Below are positions 39,808 to 50,925 of a stretch of 64,000 bases of DNA, piece by piece. The translations under genes were made by a program, and so were the position numbers. The notes below the pieces were generated by a model. It had not been told where the DNA came from. It was given only the letters and a program-made list of their open reading frames with translations, and made no database searches. The stretch is from Gekko japonicus (taxonomy: Eukaryota): the NCBI RefSeq assembly GCF_001447785.1, contig NW_015161414.1:154768-218767 (forward strand), in the 5' to 3' direction. The stretch's first letter is position 1. Every line of letters begins with the position of its first letter.

Positions 39808-40375
39808 CTTATTTTTTTGAAAAGAAAAAACACTTGGCTGTTAATAACAATAAGTATGCACCTTTGTGTCCAAACAAGGAAAATATTCTGTGATACAGGC
39901 ACACACTGCTGCAGATAAAATTCACAACAAATAAATACATTCAAGAATTCATGGTCACTGAGTAAACAATACTTCTTTTTAATACTCCCCCAAAGAATTT
40001 TTGTTTTGCTTTATTTTCCAGAGAATTTGACACCAGGTGCTTTTGGTTAGTGCATCTACTTTCCTTATATCCCCTGATGCATCCAAAAGGGAAACTAATG
40101 CGTCTCGCCTGTGGAATGGCCTCATGTATTTGTATCTTGTACATAACAAAGTAGGCTACACACCTGGATATATCAAAGTAGGGTTGCTGTATAAATTACC
40201 CCCTTCAAATATTTCCCAGAAATCACTGCATGAGTCGTTTGTGCATTCATCCTTCTCTGCTACTGTGCAATGCTCAAATGAGCACTAAGTGCATATTGCT
40301 CCATTCCTCACAAGATACATGTTTTAATGAACTGATAGTTTTTTAATGATCTCATAAATATTACAAAATGTTTAC

Positions 40376-40560
40376 CTGAAACCAGGATATCATTCCTCAA
40401 GGCACAAACTGCATACTCAGATTTTGTGAATTCTGGTAACTTTGCCAGTGATTTCCACTCCCCTGTCATAGGGTCATAGCATTCAGTGTAAGGCAAATTA
40501 AAGCCCCCAACGCGTTCACAACCTCCCACTACAACAATCACCTCAGAATAGCCAGTTGAC
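40376..40560 (-). CDS. KLHL24: KLHL24 coding exon 2
   Basis: STGYSEVIVVVGGCERVGGFNLPYTECYDP...DILVS; 185 nt. Confidence 0.97.
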
Positions 40561-41329
40561 CTAGAAACAGAAAAACAAAGAAGAACTTTGTTGAAAAGTG
40601 TATTTAAATATGAAAAAAGAAACAAAGCAATGATATAGTCTCAACATCTGAAAGATAATAATAAATAAAATGCAAAACAAAATTTGTTCAATTTCTCCTT
40701 CCTCAATTTATTGAAACAAACAAGGAAAACATTTGTGTGCTGAGAACATGAATATTGTTTTTATTTCAGAGATGAATATGGGTTATATCCAACCAGCTTT
40801 TTTCTAACTGAGAAAAAGGAAGTCCTCTCTGGCCACATTAAAAAGTCTATTCTGGGAATAGTGGGGCCTGCAAAAGCCATTTCAAATGGAGGCTGTAATA
40901 AGAAGAGGAACTGGGCAAGACTGCGTGGAAAATCTAGCTGGATCCAATGCTATACCTAAGTCTATGGAGTACTGTTATGAGGCAAAGATCAGTAAGGAAA
41001 AAAATCATTCTTCATGTATAGATGCATACTAAAGTTAGTTAGATATGGATGACCCACTGAAATCGATGGGACAGTTGTATTAAAAATATTTCTTTGGATA
41101 TCACACCATATGTTTAATACTCCTACTACTCCTGCCTCCAATTACTCATACAGAATTTCAGCTCCACCAGATCACACCGCCGTTTACTGTGGTGATACAA
41201 AATGCTCAATTCATCTAGTTAATTGACTAAATGATTTTAACAGATTGACGGATGTTAGCAAAAATCATCACCATACTGAAGAATTACTTCTGCAACAGAA
41301 TAGAAAAATAAGCAACTAAGACCACTCAC

Positions 41330-42249
41330 CTCCGTGGCCTAGTTCTTGGGGACATCATTTCATTTCCAAGAACATGATACCTTCTTGCTTCATGCAGCAG
41401 CTGATAACACTCAGGGGAATTCTGGATCAGCTGGTCCACTTCCACTGTCTGAACAAAGTAGTTAGGGTGTAACAAAGGTAGCCTCACATGGGTCAGTAGT
41501 TCCGGTAGTACTGAACGTCTGAGATCAACAGCACGGTAAATCCAGCGCATGACTGCTTCAAAAACCATCTCTTCTTTACTGATTACCAATTCATCACTGC
41601 AAATGTAATCAATAAGTTCGTCTTTTCCAAGCTCAAGAAATTCTTCATGCTGGGATACATCCTCAAAATTCTGCAGTGCAAAATTTCTACATTTTGTAAA
41701 AAGTGTTTTCAGAGAATGTGTATCAGCAAAACGCTGGATTCCTAGGCAGTTGCAAGGATCCAGTTGCTCTTCCAGGAACTTAGCACAAGCATCACGCAAA
41801 ATGCTTATCTGAAAGAGACTCGATGTTTCAAAGAGATATTGCACATTCTCTGTCGTGATTTTTACCTTGCCTGTATATACATACTGTAAAAAGCAATCCA
41901 TAGCTTCTGCAAAAATTCCGTTAATTTCTACCAACATCTCTCGGCTTTCTCTATGATCATTGCAAAACATAGCTCTGAAATAGCTACTGCAGGCTGAAAG
42001 AACGGCTCGATGGCAGGGAAACTCTCTGCCTTCTACACAGATTATAACATCTGTAAACAAGCGGCTGTCACGAAATTCATTGAAGATCTGGAGTATGCTT
42101 TCAGCATGGGATGATCCAGAAGAGAAGTCGAAAAACTCATGGCCTGATAATGACTTTGGGTCCATTTCAAAAACTTTACGCTTGGATACTGGGGACTCCT
42201 GGGCCCGACTATCCCCTCTGTTCAGTCTGCGTCCTAATATTAGTACCAT
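41330..42249 (-). CDS. KLHL24: KLHL24 coding exon 1 (BTB and BACK domains; exon begins at 42308)
   Basis: MVLILGRRLNR...FTDVIICVEGREFPCHRAVLSACSSYFRAMF...TRPRR; true ATG at 42249 (the ORF track starts at an upstream GTG); donor AG|gtgagt. Confidence 0.98.
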
Positions 42250-42926
42250 TTTCACATCAACTGTTTATTATATCATGGAGAAAATATTGATGTGTCTTCG
42301 TTGTGATGCTAAAGAAAAGAATTTTTAAAATGTTAGTTCAGACTGTAAATGCCATTGTGTTATGGTAAGTAGTTTAAGTGCTCTAAACATTCGGTATATA
42401 AGATCACTGGTAACATTATATGGACGTTTGAAGTGAAGGCACAAGGAGAGTTCATCACTAGCTAAAGGCATGATTAATACTAAACATCTCTTCCAACATA
42501 AAAAACTTGAAGTAGAACCAGGGTAAGCCCTGCCCTTGTTGATAGATACTGCATCCCTATAACTAAGTGTATATTATTAGTCTTGAGTTATTCAAATACC
42601 ATTTTAAAAAAAATAAGTAGCTTTGGTCTCGGTGGAAAAGTACTTTAACGAGATTTTGTGTGAATTATTTTTTGTTATAAATGATAACAATTCATAAACT
42701 ATATAAGAATTCGCTGTTGAAGCTGATGTGATGATTAATTATGAGATTAATTTTGCTTATGCAGCTTTTAATGAGGGAAAATAAACAGGAATTGCACCAG
42801 AATCAACACAATTCATGAATTCCCAGCTTGTTTGTAAGTGCAACAGCAACCGCTAGGAGCCATCCACCCACAGAGACTTGCAGGATGGGTGTGTGGAAGG
42901 TGAAAGGGAAGGATAGAAAGTCTCAC

Positions 42927-43014
42927 CTTCTGTTCTGCCAATTCCATCCAATGCAAATTACCACAGGTCCCCACTTGTATGTGCTTATTTAACATTCATT
43001 CCTTGTCAAGTAAA
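42927..43014 (-). other. KLHL24: Candidate non-coding 5'UTR exon of KLHL24
   Basis: ttcag acceptor and strong AAG|gtgaga donor; no transcript evidence available. Confidence 0.3.
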
Positions 43015-43884
43015 CTGAAGTACAATTTAAATATGACTAACAGTGAAATCCTAAACAGATACACTTTTCTAAATCCATTGAAATTAAGGGGCTTAGAAGG
43101 GCGTAACTCTGTTTAGGACTGCACTGCAAGACATTTGAAATAGACACAAGATGAATACATTAAAAATGTATGTAGGTGATCTCATAGTCAACAGACTCAA
43201 TTTTATGGGTGCGTACCCAGTTTCCAGAGGGCATGATGACTTGTACCCAGAGATATTAAAAAAATAAATCTTACACAGATATAGAACAAACTGCCATTCT
43301 TTCATTTTAGTCCTTTTGATTTAATTGGAAGTGTCAGACTAAGATCTCAGAGACACTGTCTTGAATCCCCAGTCTGCTATGGAAGCTTACTTGGTGACCT
43401 TGGGCCAGTCACAAACTCTGAGCCTAACACTCTCACAGGGCCGTTGTGAAGATAAAGTGGAGAAGGAAGGAATGTTGTAAGCCACTTTAGGTCCCCAATG
43501 AAGAGAAAAGTGGTGTATAAATGGAGTAAAATAAAATAAAACTGCTTAGCTCTGGCTAGATGTGTTTGTGGCTATGAATGATATTTTGTAAAGCAGAATT
43601 TAAACTGGTGGCCTGCATAGCAAATGGTTACCCACAAATAGAGCAAAAATGCTGCTGATTATCTGCTTTTTCATTTGTTTTCTGATGAGACAATTAGTTC
43701 AATATGTTGTCAAAGGCTTTCATAGCCGGAGCTCCCTAGTTGTTGTAGATTTTCCGGGTTTCCAGCATTTACAATGCCAAGACCACGGCCACGCAACCCG
43801 GAAAATCTACAGCAACTAATTATTAGTTCAGCTGATCCTTTGACACCCGCAGTCAGTAAATAGGAATTTTATGTCCATTTAAGA

Positions 43885-44050
43885 ATCTCCACATTCAGAG
43901 GCAGTAAACCTCTGACCACCAGAGCCCGGAAGCAACATCAAGGGAAGGCCTCTGTGCCCTGTTCTAGGCCCTCCAGGGTAACTGGTTGGTCACTGTATGA
44001 GACAGGATGCTGGACTAGATGGACCTCTGGTTTGATCCAGCAGGGCTCTT
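43885..44050 (+). mobile_element. CR1 3'UTR fragment
   Basis: ggtcactgtatgagacaggatgctggactagatggacc..ggtttgatccagcagggctctt, similar to the CR1 3'UTR at 56321-56400. Confidence 0.7.
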
Positions 44051-44694
44051 AAATGTGATTGAATTTGCTAATGCATCAACATTTTAATTCATTCTGTTAT
44101 TTGAGTGTTTCTAGATCTTATATTTTTCAATCAAAGAACTTACAAAGGCAGCAACTAACAAATAGAAACTGATTTTAATCTGATGCAATTCCAAAACAAA
44201 CCTTTTGAAAATTCAAGCTCATATGCAGCTTCTTATTGTCAACTGACTCTGTCGAAATGCAGCCCCACTTGCAAAGGTCTTTGAAAATCTGTTTTGAACA
44301 GGTACTTTAAGTTAACCCCCAAAACTTATCTGAAGAAAGCTGGCTCAAGATCAAGTTGGGTCCTTGCCCAGCATAACAAAAAACAAGTTGTGCCTGGAGG
44401 ATTTTCTTCTGTGTGTTTACAGATCACTTGGAGGTCACGCACAGTCTAGTCCTGGGAAGGTTTTGGTGTGGCTTAAAGATTTTGGCTGTAAAGTTCGTGG
44501 ACACTGGCTCCTCCTCCCCCGAGGTTTCACTATTCCTTACTGTTGAGGAAGAAAAACCTGCCGCCTGTTTGTTTAAGACAGCTGGCTGGAACAAAGTCCC
44601 TCAGTTGGGGGGGGGGGGGCTTGCTTAGTGGTTACATCTGACCCTTTACGTTGCCCAGCTTGCATTTTGTGGCCTTTAGACCGCACTATTCACT

Positions 44695-44795
44695 GAGCCA
44701 ACTTCAGAGGACGGCGGAAGACAGGAAGGCCTGGCGTGATCTGGTCCATGGGGTCGCAAAGAGTCGGACTCGACTGTGCGACTGAACAACAACAA
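44695..44795 (+). mobile_element. BovB/RTE LINE 3' end
   Basis: Encodes EDRKAWRDLVHGVAKSRTRLCD*; (AAC)n tail; 7-bp TSD ATTCACT at 44688 and 44796. Confidence 0.85.
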
Positions 44796-44939
44796 ATTCA
44801 CTCGTTCTCACTCCCCCTTCTATGCATTTATATTTGCTGACCCTGCATTTTCGCTGCACGTATCGAAAGACCTGGGCTCTGGGCCCCAAAAGCTCATCTT
44901 GCAATAAATCTGTTAGCCTTGCCGGTGCCACACGTATCC

Positions 44940-45250
44940 TTTTATTTTTACCACTCAGAACTGACGCATTTTTTCTCGCCACCCCACCCGGAAACTGGAC
45001 TCGAAGTCCGTTTGAGTACGGGAGAAACAAACCGCCCGTGGCTGCGGGCGCTTGAAACACCCGGGACAAACTAACTGCTTGCCTGCGCCACCTCCACTTT
45101 GAGCGCCGCGAGCCCTTTATACGGCTGTCCCGAGCTCGAACTCGAGCAACAGCCTGGCGCCGGGCGCACGAGCACACCCTCCAGTTCACCTTCACCCTGA
45201 ACGGTCCTGGCAACAAGCCCCGCCCCCTCGCATTTCATGTCCAATTAGAG
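44940..45250 (-). promoter_or_regulatory. KLHL24: Candidate internal TATA promoter and alternative first exon of KLHL24
   Basis: CpG-rich; TATAAA (-) 45121-45116; GC box 45218-45227; CCAAT 45241; candidate donor GTG|gtaaaa at 44952. Confidence 0.5.
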
Positions 45251-46703
45251 AGCATAAACTTCTCCAGCTATGCTCTCCCCCCACCCCGGTTTGGCCTGAG
45301 AGCCAACCCTCGTCAACCCAGCACTTTCCCCATCCTCTCCTGCTCGAGAGGGAGGGAGAACACACAATTAACGGCTTAAAAATCGCTTCCTGCTTTTTTT
45401 TCCTCCGCCGCGCACTTCACTGTGGTTCGCTCTGGGTCCAAAGCTTTGGAACGCTCGTTTCCAGCCTCCCCCCCTCCCGGCTTATGTTTTAACCACTTCT
45501 TGTGCGATCTCCCCCCCCCCACCGGGGAAAGTGGTCTAGTCCTGAAGAGCTGGCAGCCTACTTGGGCACTTCGCCATGTAGCTCAATTGAAAAGGAGAGA
45601 GGAGAGGTTAAGCCCCCGCGATTCCCCCCCAAATTAGGTAGATGCAGCCGGGAAGGCAAAGTGCGCGGCAGCCGTGCGGCGCGTTCCCTTCTATATGTAA
45701 TCATAACACCTCACCAACGCTAGTCGCAAGGATGCTTCCCTAAATTTTTTTAAAAAAGGATGTACTAAAAGAAAAAAAAACCCTAGAAAGCTGTCCTGTG
45801 TGGGTGTTTTAAAAGTCGTCTACGGGAGACTTTCTAAATGCGTGCAGGATTGGTACAAAGTCTGCCAGCAGTTGCCAGCCAGTTTCCAGTGCCGGCTGAA
45901 ACACAAATACCCGGCAAGCATATGGAGGCTGTACCACTGTACCCTCCTCGAAGTGGGGAGATTTAGAAGAGAGGGAGGGGCTCTGCTTTAAATCTGTTGG
46001 GCTTCGAAATACGGAATTCCCTCAAGATCCCAGGCAGGCCAACAACTTCACGTAGACAGAACGAGTCGCTTGCAGTCCCGCTCCCTCTTGCCTTCCCTCC
46101 CTCGCCAGTGGAGCAAATTCGGTATTTACGTGTCCTTAATGTACCGATGTCGACACACGCTCCCTTCCTCCCTTCTACCCCGGCCACGCACACATTGTTT
46201 ACCACCTCCAGATAAACTCCCCTCCTTTCTCTGTGCACGAACAAGGCTCTCGGCAATGCTAACGGTGTTTCACTGCCAAGGAGGAAATTGCGCCACGAAG
46301 TATATGTATCATTAATTCAGCCCTGCCTGCTACAGAACGATTGTTAGCAATTGCACTCTCACTGGAGATTTTCTCTGTCTTATAGATTCCACATCACTTC
46401 AACGAAGGCAAAAACTCAGCAGAATTCAGATTCATTTGGAATTTCACCGACAAAAGTAGCTTCCTGGAACAGAAAGGCGCGGGAGGGGGGGAAGAAATAT
46501 TAGAAAGGGGCACGCTTTCCCTCTTCTCACTTTGACTATACAAGGCCCCACCACGAGTACTAAAGTTACATTAAAACGTGACAATTAAAGACATTATTTC
46601 TTCGTGCTCATTTCAGATGTGGAAAAGCCCCACGTCTGTCATCCGTCCCTAATTACGCTTTTGGCTTCATGAGATTCGGCACGGTTTTTAGACGAAGCAT
46701 TAC

Positions 46704-46910
46704 CTGCGAATCACTCTTTCTTGCATATGGGAAGAAGCCGGGCGATGGTCTCTCCTTCCCACTCTCGCTACCTCGCTCTCTCTTTTTTGTCTCTTTCAAG
46801 TTCGAGCTCAAAACAAAACAAAGAAGACCCCGAAACATGTGACCTCCCAGAGCCAAAACACATGATGTCACGTATATGTCAGCCAATCAGAGGGGGGCCG
46901 GTTGCAAAAC
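46704..46910 (-). promoter_or_regulatory. KLHL24: KLHL24 upstream promoter and non-coding exon 1
   Basis: Donor CAG|gtaatg at 46704; NF-Y site AGCCAATCAG 46881-46890; CRE-like TGATGTCACGT 46863-46873; E-box GTCACATG (-) ~46836-46843; distal edge of the CpG-rich zone 44.7-46.9 kb. Confidence 0.65.
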
Positions 46911-47487
46911 TTCTTGGGAGATGTAGTTCACTGGGCCCATGCAACGCAGCGTGTCATTTTAGTCCCCGTCTTAGCACAGGTTCAGAAATGCATTTGCTGT
47001 TTTAGACGGACTACAGGAAGTGTGTCTGGATAAGAGGGTAGAGAGAAACTAGTGTGTACCCAAGAACAATTTAATTATGTCAAATCCATTCATTTTTAGT
47101 TAGGTGGACAATACTGATGAATTAGGGCAGCTATCATTCTCCAAGCGCTGCAGTGTCCACTACAGATGAACCAAATTGTGTAAGAAGATTTGGAACATAT
47201 AAACGAGTTCACGAACATTATATTAATGTTGCTGAGCTGCCAGTTTTTCTACTATGCACTGTAACGATGTGCTGCATTGATGACCTGTTACCAAGAAGGC
47301 ACAGGGAGATAGGGAACGGACCATGTCTCCTGACCATATAGAAATGAGATCAGGGACACTGACCCACCTAGAAGACAGATAACTGTCACATCATTTTGTA
47401 GTCTTCAAAAATTCAGTGCAATATCTCCTCGCATAAGTATTAAACAATATGAAAATAATACAGAATCTTGCTATTGACATAGCAATT

Positions 47488-48963
47488 TTTATAGCCCCCT
47501 TTAGGGGATTTTTTATTCGCATTTACTAAAAACTACAAGGAGATTAGGGAGGGAATCTACACACTATAGGAAAAAGAAAAGAAAACCCACTAAAACCCCA
47601 AAGGTTGGAGGTCGCATACAGGTTATGAAAAATTTGCTTAACAATACTAAAGAGCTTTCTTTAACATTGAGAGTGATCAATCATCATCATAGCTTGTAAA
47701 AACATCCCAACAAATCTGACTATATGAAGAGTAGTCCAGGAGAATTGCTATTTAACTTAGACACAAATTACAGAGAACAATAGCATCTCATTTAACCATT
47801 ATTTTTCCCTCCACAATTAAAAGCAAATTAACAATAAGTCTCCCTCAGTAGATATTACACAATCTCATTTTCTCTTCCATTGCTGTTTTCCTCTTTCTTC
47901 TTCCCTTCTTGCTGTATCAGAAACTGGCCATCTCAAAACAAAGTCCCTTCTCCTTTTTCCAGGACTGTTCCACTTAAATTATTGCCTTCAATCATAGGGT
48001 TCCTTCCAATTTGCTTTTCACTGCCCGGCTTGAAGAGAGTCTCGTCACCTTATTGCCCAGCAGACTTAATCAGGATATAACCATAGAGGATACTCCTTCA
48101 CTTTAAACCTCACTTATGGTCTACATACAGCCCCTTCGAATTGCGAATGCCCATTTGACTCTCCTATTCGATCCTGGAAGCCCCTATGATCATTGGTTAG
48201 ACGCTTCTCCAATATTCACACAGTCCTTTTAAAAGCAACTGCTGACATGTAGCACAGTTCTTGCCTAGTACCTCGTTTATACCAACAGGGGACAAAGGGT
48301 TAAGACACAGTTTGCAAGAGTCACATGGTTAACCAACAGCTCTTCCAGTTTCTGAAGAAAGCTTGGATATCACTTGTTGCTCTTACTACGTTGTCCATCG
48401 CCATTTTTAAGGATGTTTACTTTTTAAAAGTTTTGTCCCGAAAACTTGCTTCAATGCTTAACTGCCTCCTGGAATCTCTCCGTACAGCCCATTGCCACTT
48501 TTAAACAATCCCCCCCCTTTCTTCTAGCTCCGTAACACTTATAAACAGTTCTTAACGAAGGAGAGTCCCCTCTCCCCCCTCGCTTTTCCCCAGGGGGCTT
48601 TCGCTTTGTTGTTTCATTTCAACTTTACTCACTCTTCATATGTAGATCAAGTAGATCTCGCCAACAGATACGCTTATTTGCCGCTTGACCTCCACTTGTT
48701 TGATTTGGGGCCTGCGTAGCTTAGTCCTTGCCGGAACACAGCAGAGAGACCATTGGAGCAAAGGGACGCCTCAATTTCCCGACAGCATGCCAGGAAAGAG
48801 ACGACCCTCAGCGCTCCATGACTGGAGACCCTTCACAAGGATCCCTGGGGGGCGCGGACATTCGCACCCCCTCTCTAACTGCTGGTTTGCGAGCTGCCTC
48901 CCTGGGAAATCCCAGGAGACACAGCCGCCATCAGCTCGCTGAAACCCCGCCTCTCGATATATT
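47488..48963 (-). mobile_element. ~1.5-kb non-autonomous L1-like (HAL1-like) retroposon
   Basis: 9-bp TSD ATAGCAATT at 47479 and 48964; CpG-rich 5' end; AAAATGGCG motif; decayed ORF1-like peptides; AATAAA near the 3' end. Confidence 0.6.
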
Positions 48964-49575
48964 ATAGCAATTGTTGAGGTATTTAACTACATTCTTGAAA
49001 GCTGTGAACAGTTTCTTGGCTGTTTGTCTCCCAGCTTCTTTTCTGTTGTACATGCAAACCCACTCGACCCCAGACAAGGTTCATGGGTTACCACCACTCC
49101 ATTAAAAATACTTGAAGGAGCTCACAACAGTCTGAGGTACAGGCACAAGCTCCATTGACTCCTAGGTATTCTAAACCCTGCAGTCGGATTGGTTGCTGTT
49201 GCGTAACAGACCAATCCGGAAAGACTCTGACCTTCGTCGGGAATGAATACCATTGGTCCTAAGCTCTCAATAGTAATTGGTCATTTCTGTGCTAGGAGGT
49301 GTGGCCTCACTGGTTCAAAATGTATATAGTTGCATCGTTCTATGAGTCTTGTTGCTGTGTTCTGAGCTGGAATAAACAAATTACTTTTGAAAAGAGCTGC
49401 CTCAAGTCCAGTACTTAATAGACCTAATGACCTAATTGTTGCCAAACAGATAGGAGGGAGAAACTATGGCTGAGATTGGGGGAATCCCTAGAATGCTACA
49501 GCTGTTGTGACATCACTTCTAGGTGCTCACCTGAAAGTGTCATCAAAGCATCCTCACCATCATCCTCTCCCTAGG

Positions 49576-50198
49576 TGTGATGATTCCTTGTGTTAGAGTG
49601 TGTGTGTGTCTCTTTAAAGGTTTGGTTGCAGTGTGGAATGCAGAATAGAATGATGGAAAGGGACATATGGAGTATGATTGGTGGATGGCAATGTGTGGGA
49701 GGAGTTATTCTGTGTGGGTGTGTCAGTGAGAGATTGGAGAATGACAGTTGGAATAATGAGAGTTGGTGAAAAAGCAGTTGATGTTGTGCAGTTGATTTTC
49801 AGTCTGTGAGACCTCTGACAATGCTGTGTGGAGTCAGAGAGTGAGAGAGACTAAAGAATCTGTGTGGGATCCGAGAAGGAACAGTATATGTGTGCTAAAG
49901 TGCCACAGTGGTCAAGTTAAATTACAGAAAACCAGTTAAATAATTACCAACTTCTTATTTTGTTCCCCTTTCAATAAATCCTATTTTAATTAAAAATATC
50001 CCGGAATTCATATCAATTCTTCCTCTGGACCACAATAGACCCCTGAAAAGCCTTGAGCCTTTGTTACCCTTCCAATAAGAGAAACAGAAGGTTTGGAAAT
50101 CCTTAAATTCCTGGTGGCAGCCGAATATACCCAGTTTTACAGAAATAAAGAGCACTTTTAAAGAGAAAGCTAGACCTCCCCTATAGGAGGTCGTCACA
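49576..50198 (+). mobile_element. Solo LTR (probably Gypsy)
   Basis: TGTGATGA...TCGTCACA termini; perfect 5-bp TSD CTAGG; AATAAA ~49973. Confidence 0.8.
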
Positions 50199-50199
50199 C

Positions 50200-50560
50200 T
50201 AGGCTATGCCTCCAAATGTTCCTGCAGGTTGCCAGAAAGGAGCTGGCAATTCTGATTGCAAGACAGCTGGTTCAGGAGCTATGGAGGGCATTAAAGGTGA
50301 TTCAAAGCACTTTGCAGTGGGCCTAGAGGTAAGTAGGCACCCAATACAGTTGATGCAGCACTTGCTGACCCCAGACAGGGACCTTGCAGCCACATTTTTC
50401 ACCAATTGATGCTTCCGAAATTTCTCCAAAGACTGCACCTTCTCCCCAGCCTGTCCATACATATCTTTGTGGTTCACATGAAGGAAAAATGTTTGGAATG
50501 CTCTGTTCTGCAGAATCTTTCAGAATCACACATTGTTCCATCACCACTGGGAGACTTCAG
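50200..50560 (-). mobile_element. Degenerate L2 ORF2 fragment
   Basis: KHQLVKNVAARSLSGVSK resembles the L2 motif KLQLVQNAAARLL. Confidence 0.6.
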
Positions 50561-50925
50561 CTTGCGGCCATGCAAATGCTTCCCCATCTAGGAGGTGTCA
50601 AAAAGTGTCAGCAGTTGTACAAAACAAAACTCTCATCTACTTCCATTGTTTCAGTTTCACTCAGATTTTCCCTCTATTGTTAGAGCAGTGATAAAGCAGA
50701 GCAAAAGATGGAGGCAGGGGAGGCTGATGGGGGGCTTGATTGGCCGCATGGCTCCTGTTAAATACTGGGTTCAAGACACATTGCAGTGAAACAGCTCTAC
50801 TTTATTAAGTGTTTTCGAGAACAAGACTAAACCCCCAGGGCAACAGCCATGTTTAAATAGCATACAAAAACCACACCCAAACACACCCCACTTCCAATGA
50901 TAGGCTATTTCCTTAACATTACTTC

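Larger units (their letters stand above)
23610..46850 (-). other. KLHL24: KLHL24 gene span (BTB-BACK-Kelch CUL3 substrate adaptor); complete CDS of 600 aa
   Basis: join(42249..41330,40560..40376,39807..39689,31769..31581,31297..31109,29122..28922) = 920+185+119+189+189+201 = 1803 nt. Translation nearly identical to recalled human KLHL24. Transcript ends are inferred. Confidence 0.97.

Noticed and set aside
44704-45216. 170-aa - strand ORF
   Set aside because: Chimeric frame across GC-rich promoter sequence and the antisense of the BovB fragment.
49190-49425. Possible additional solo LTRs here and at ~50755-50920
   Set aside because: TATA and AATAAA motifs are present, but I could not establish TG...CA termini with a TSD.
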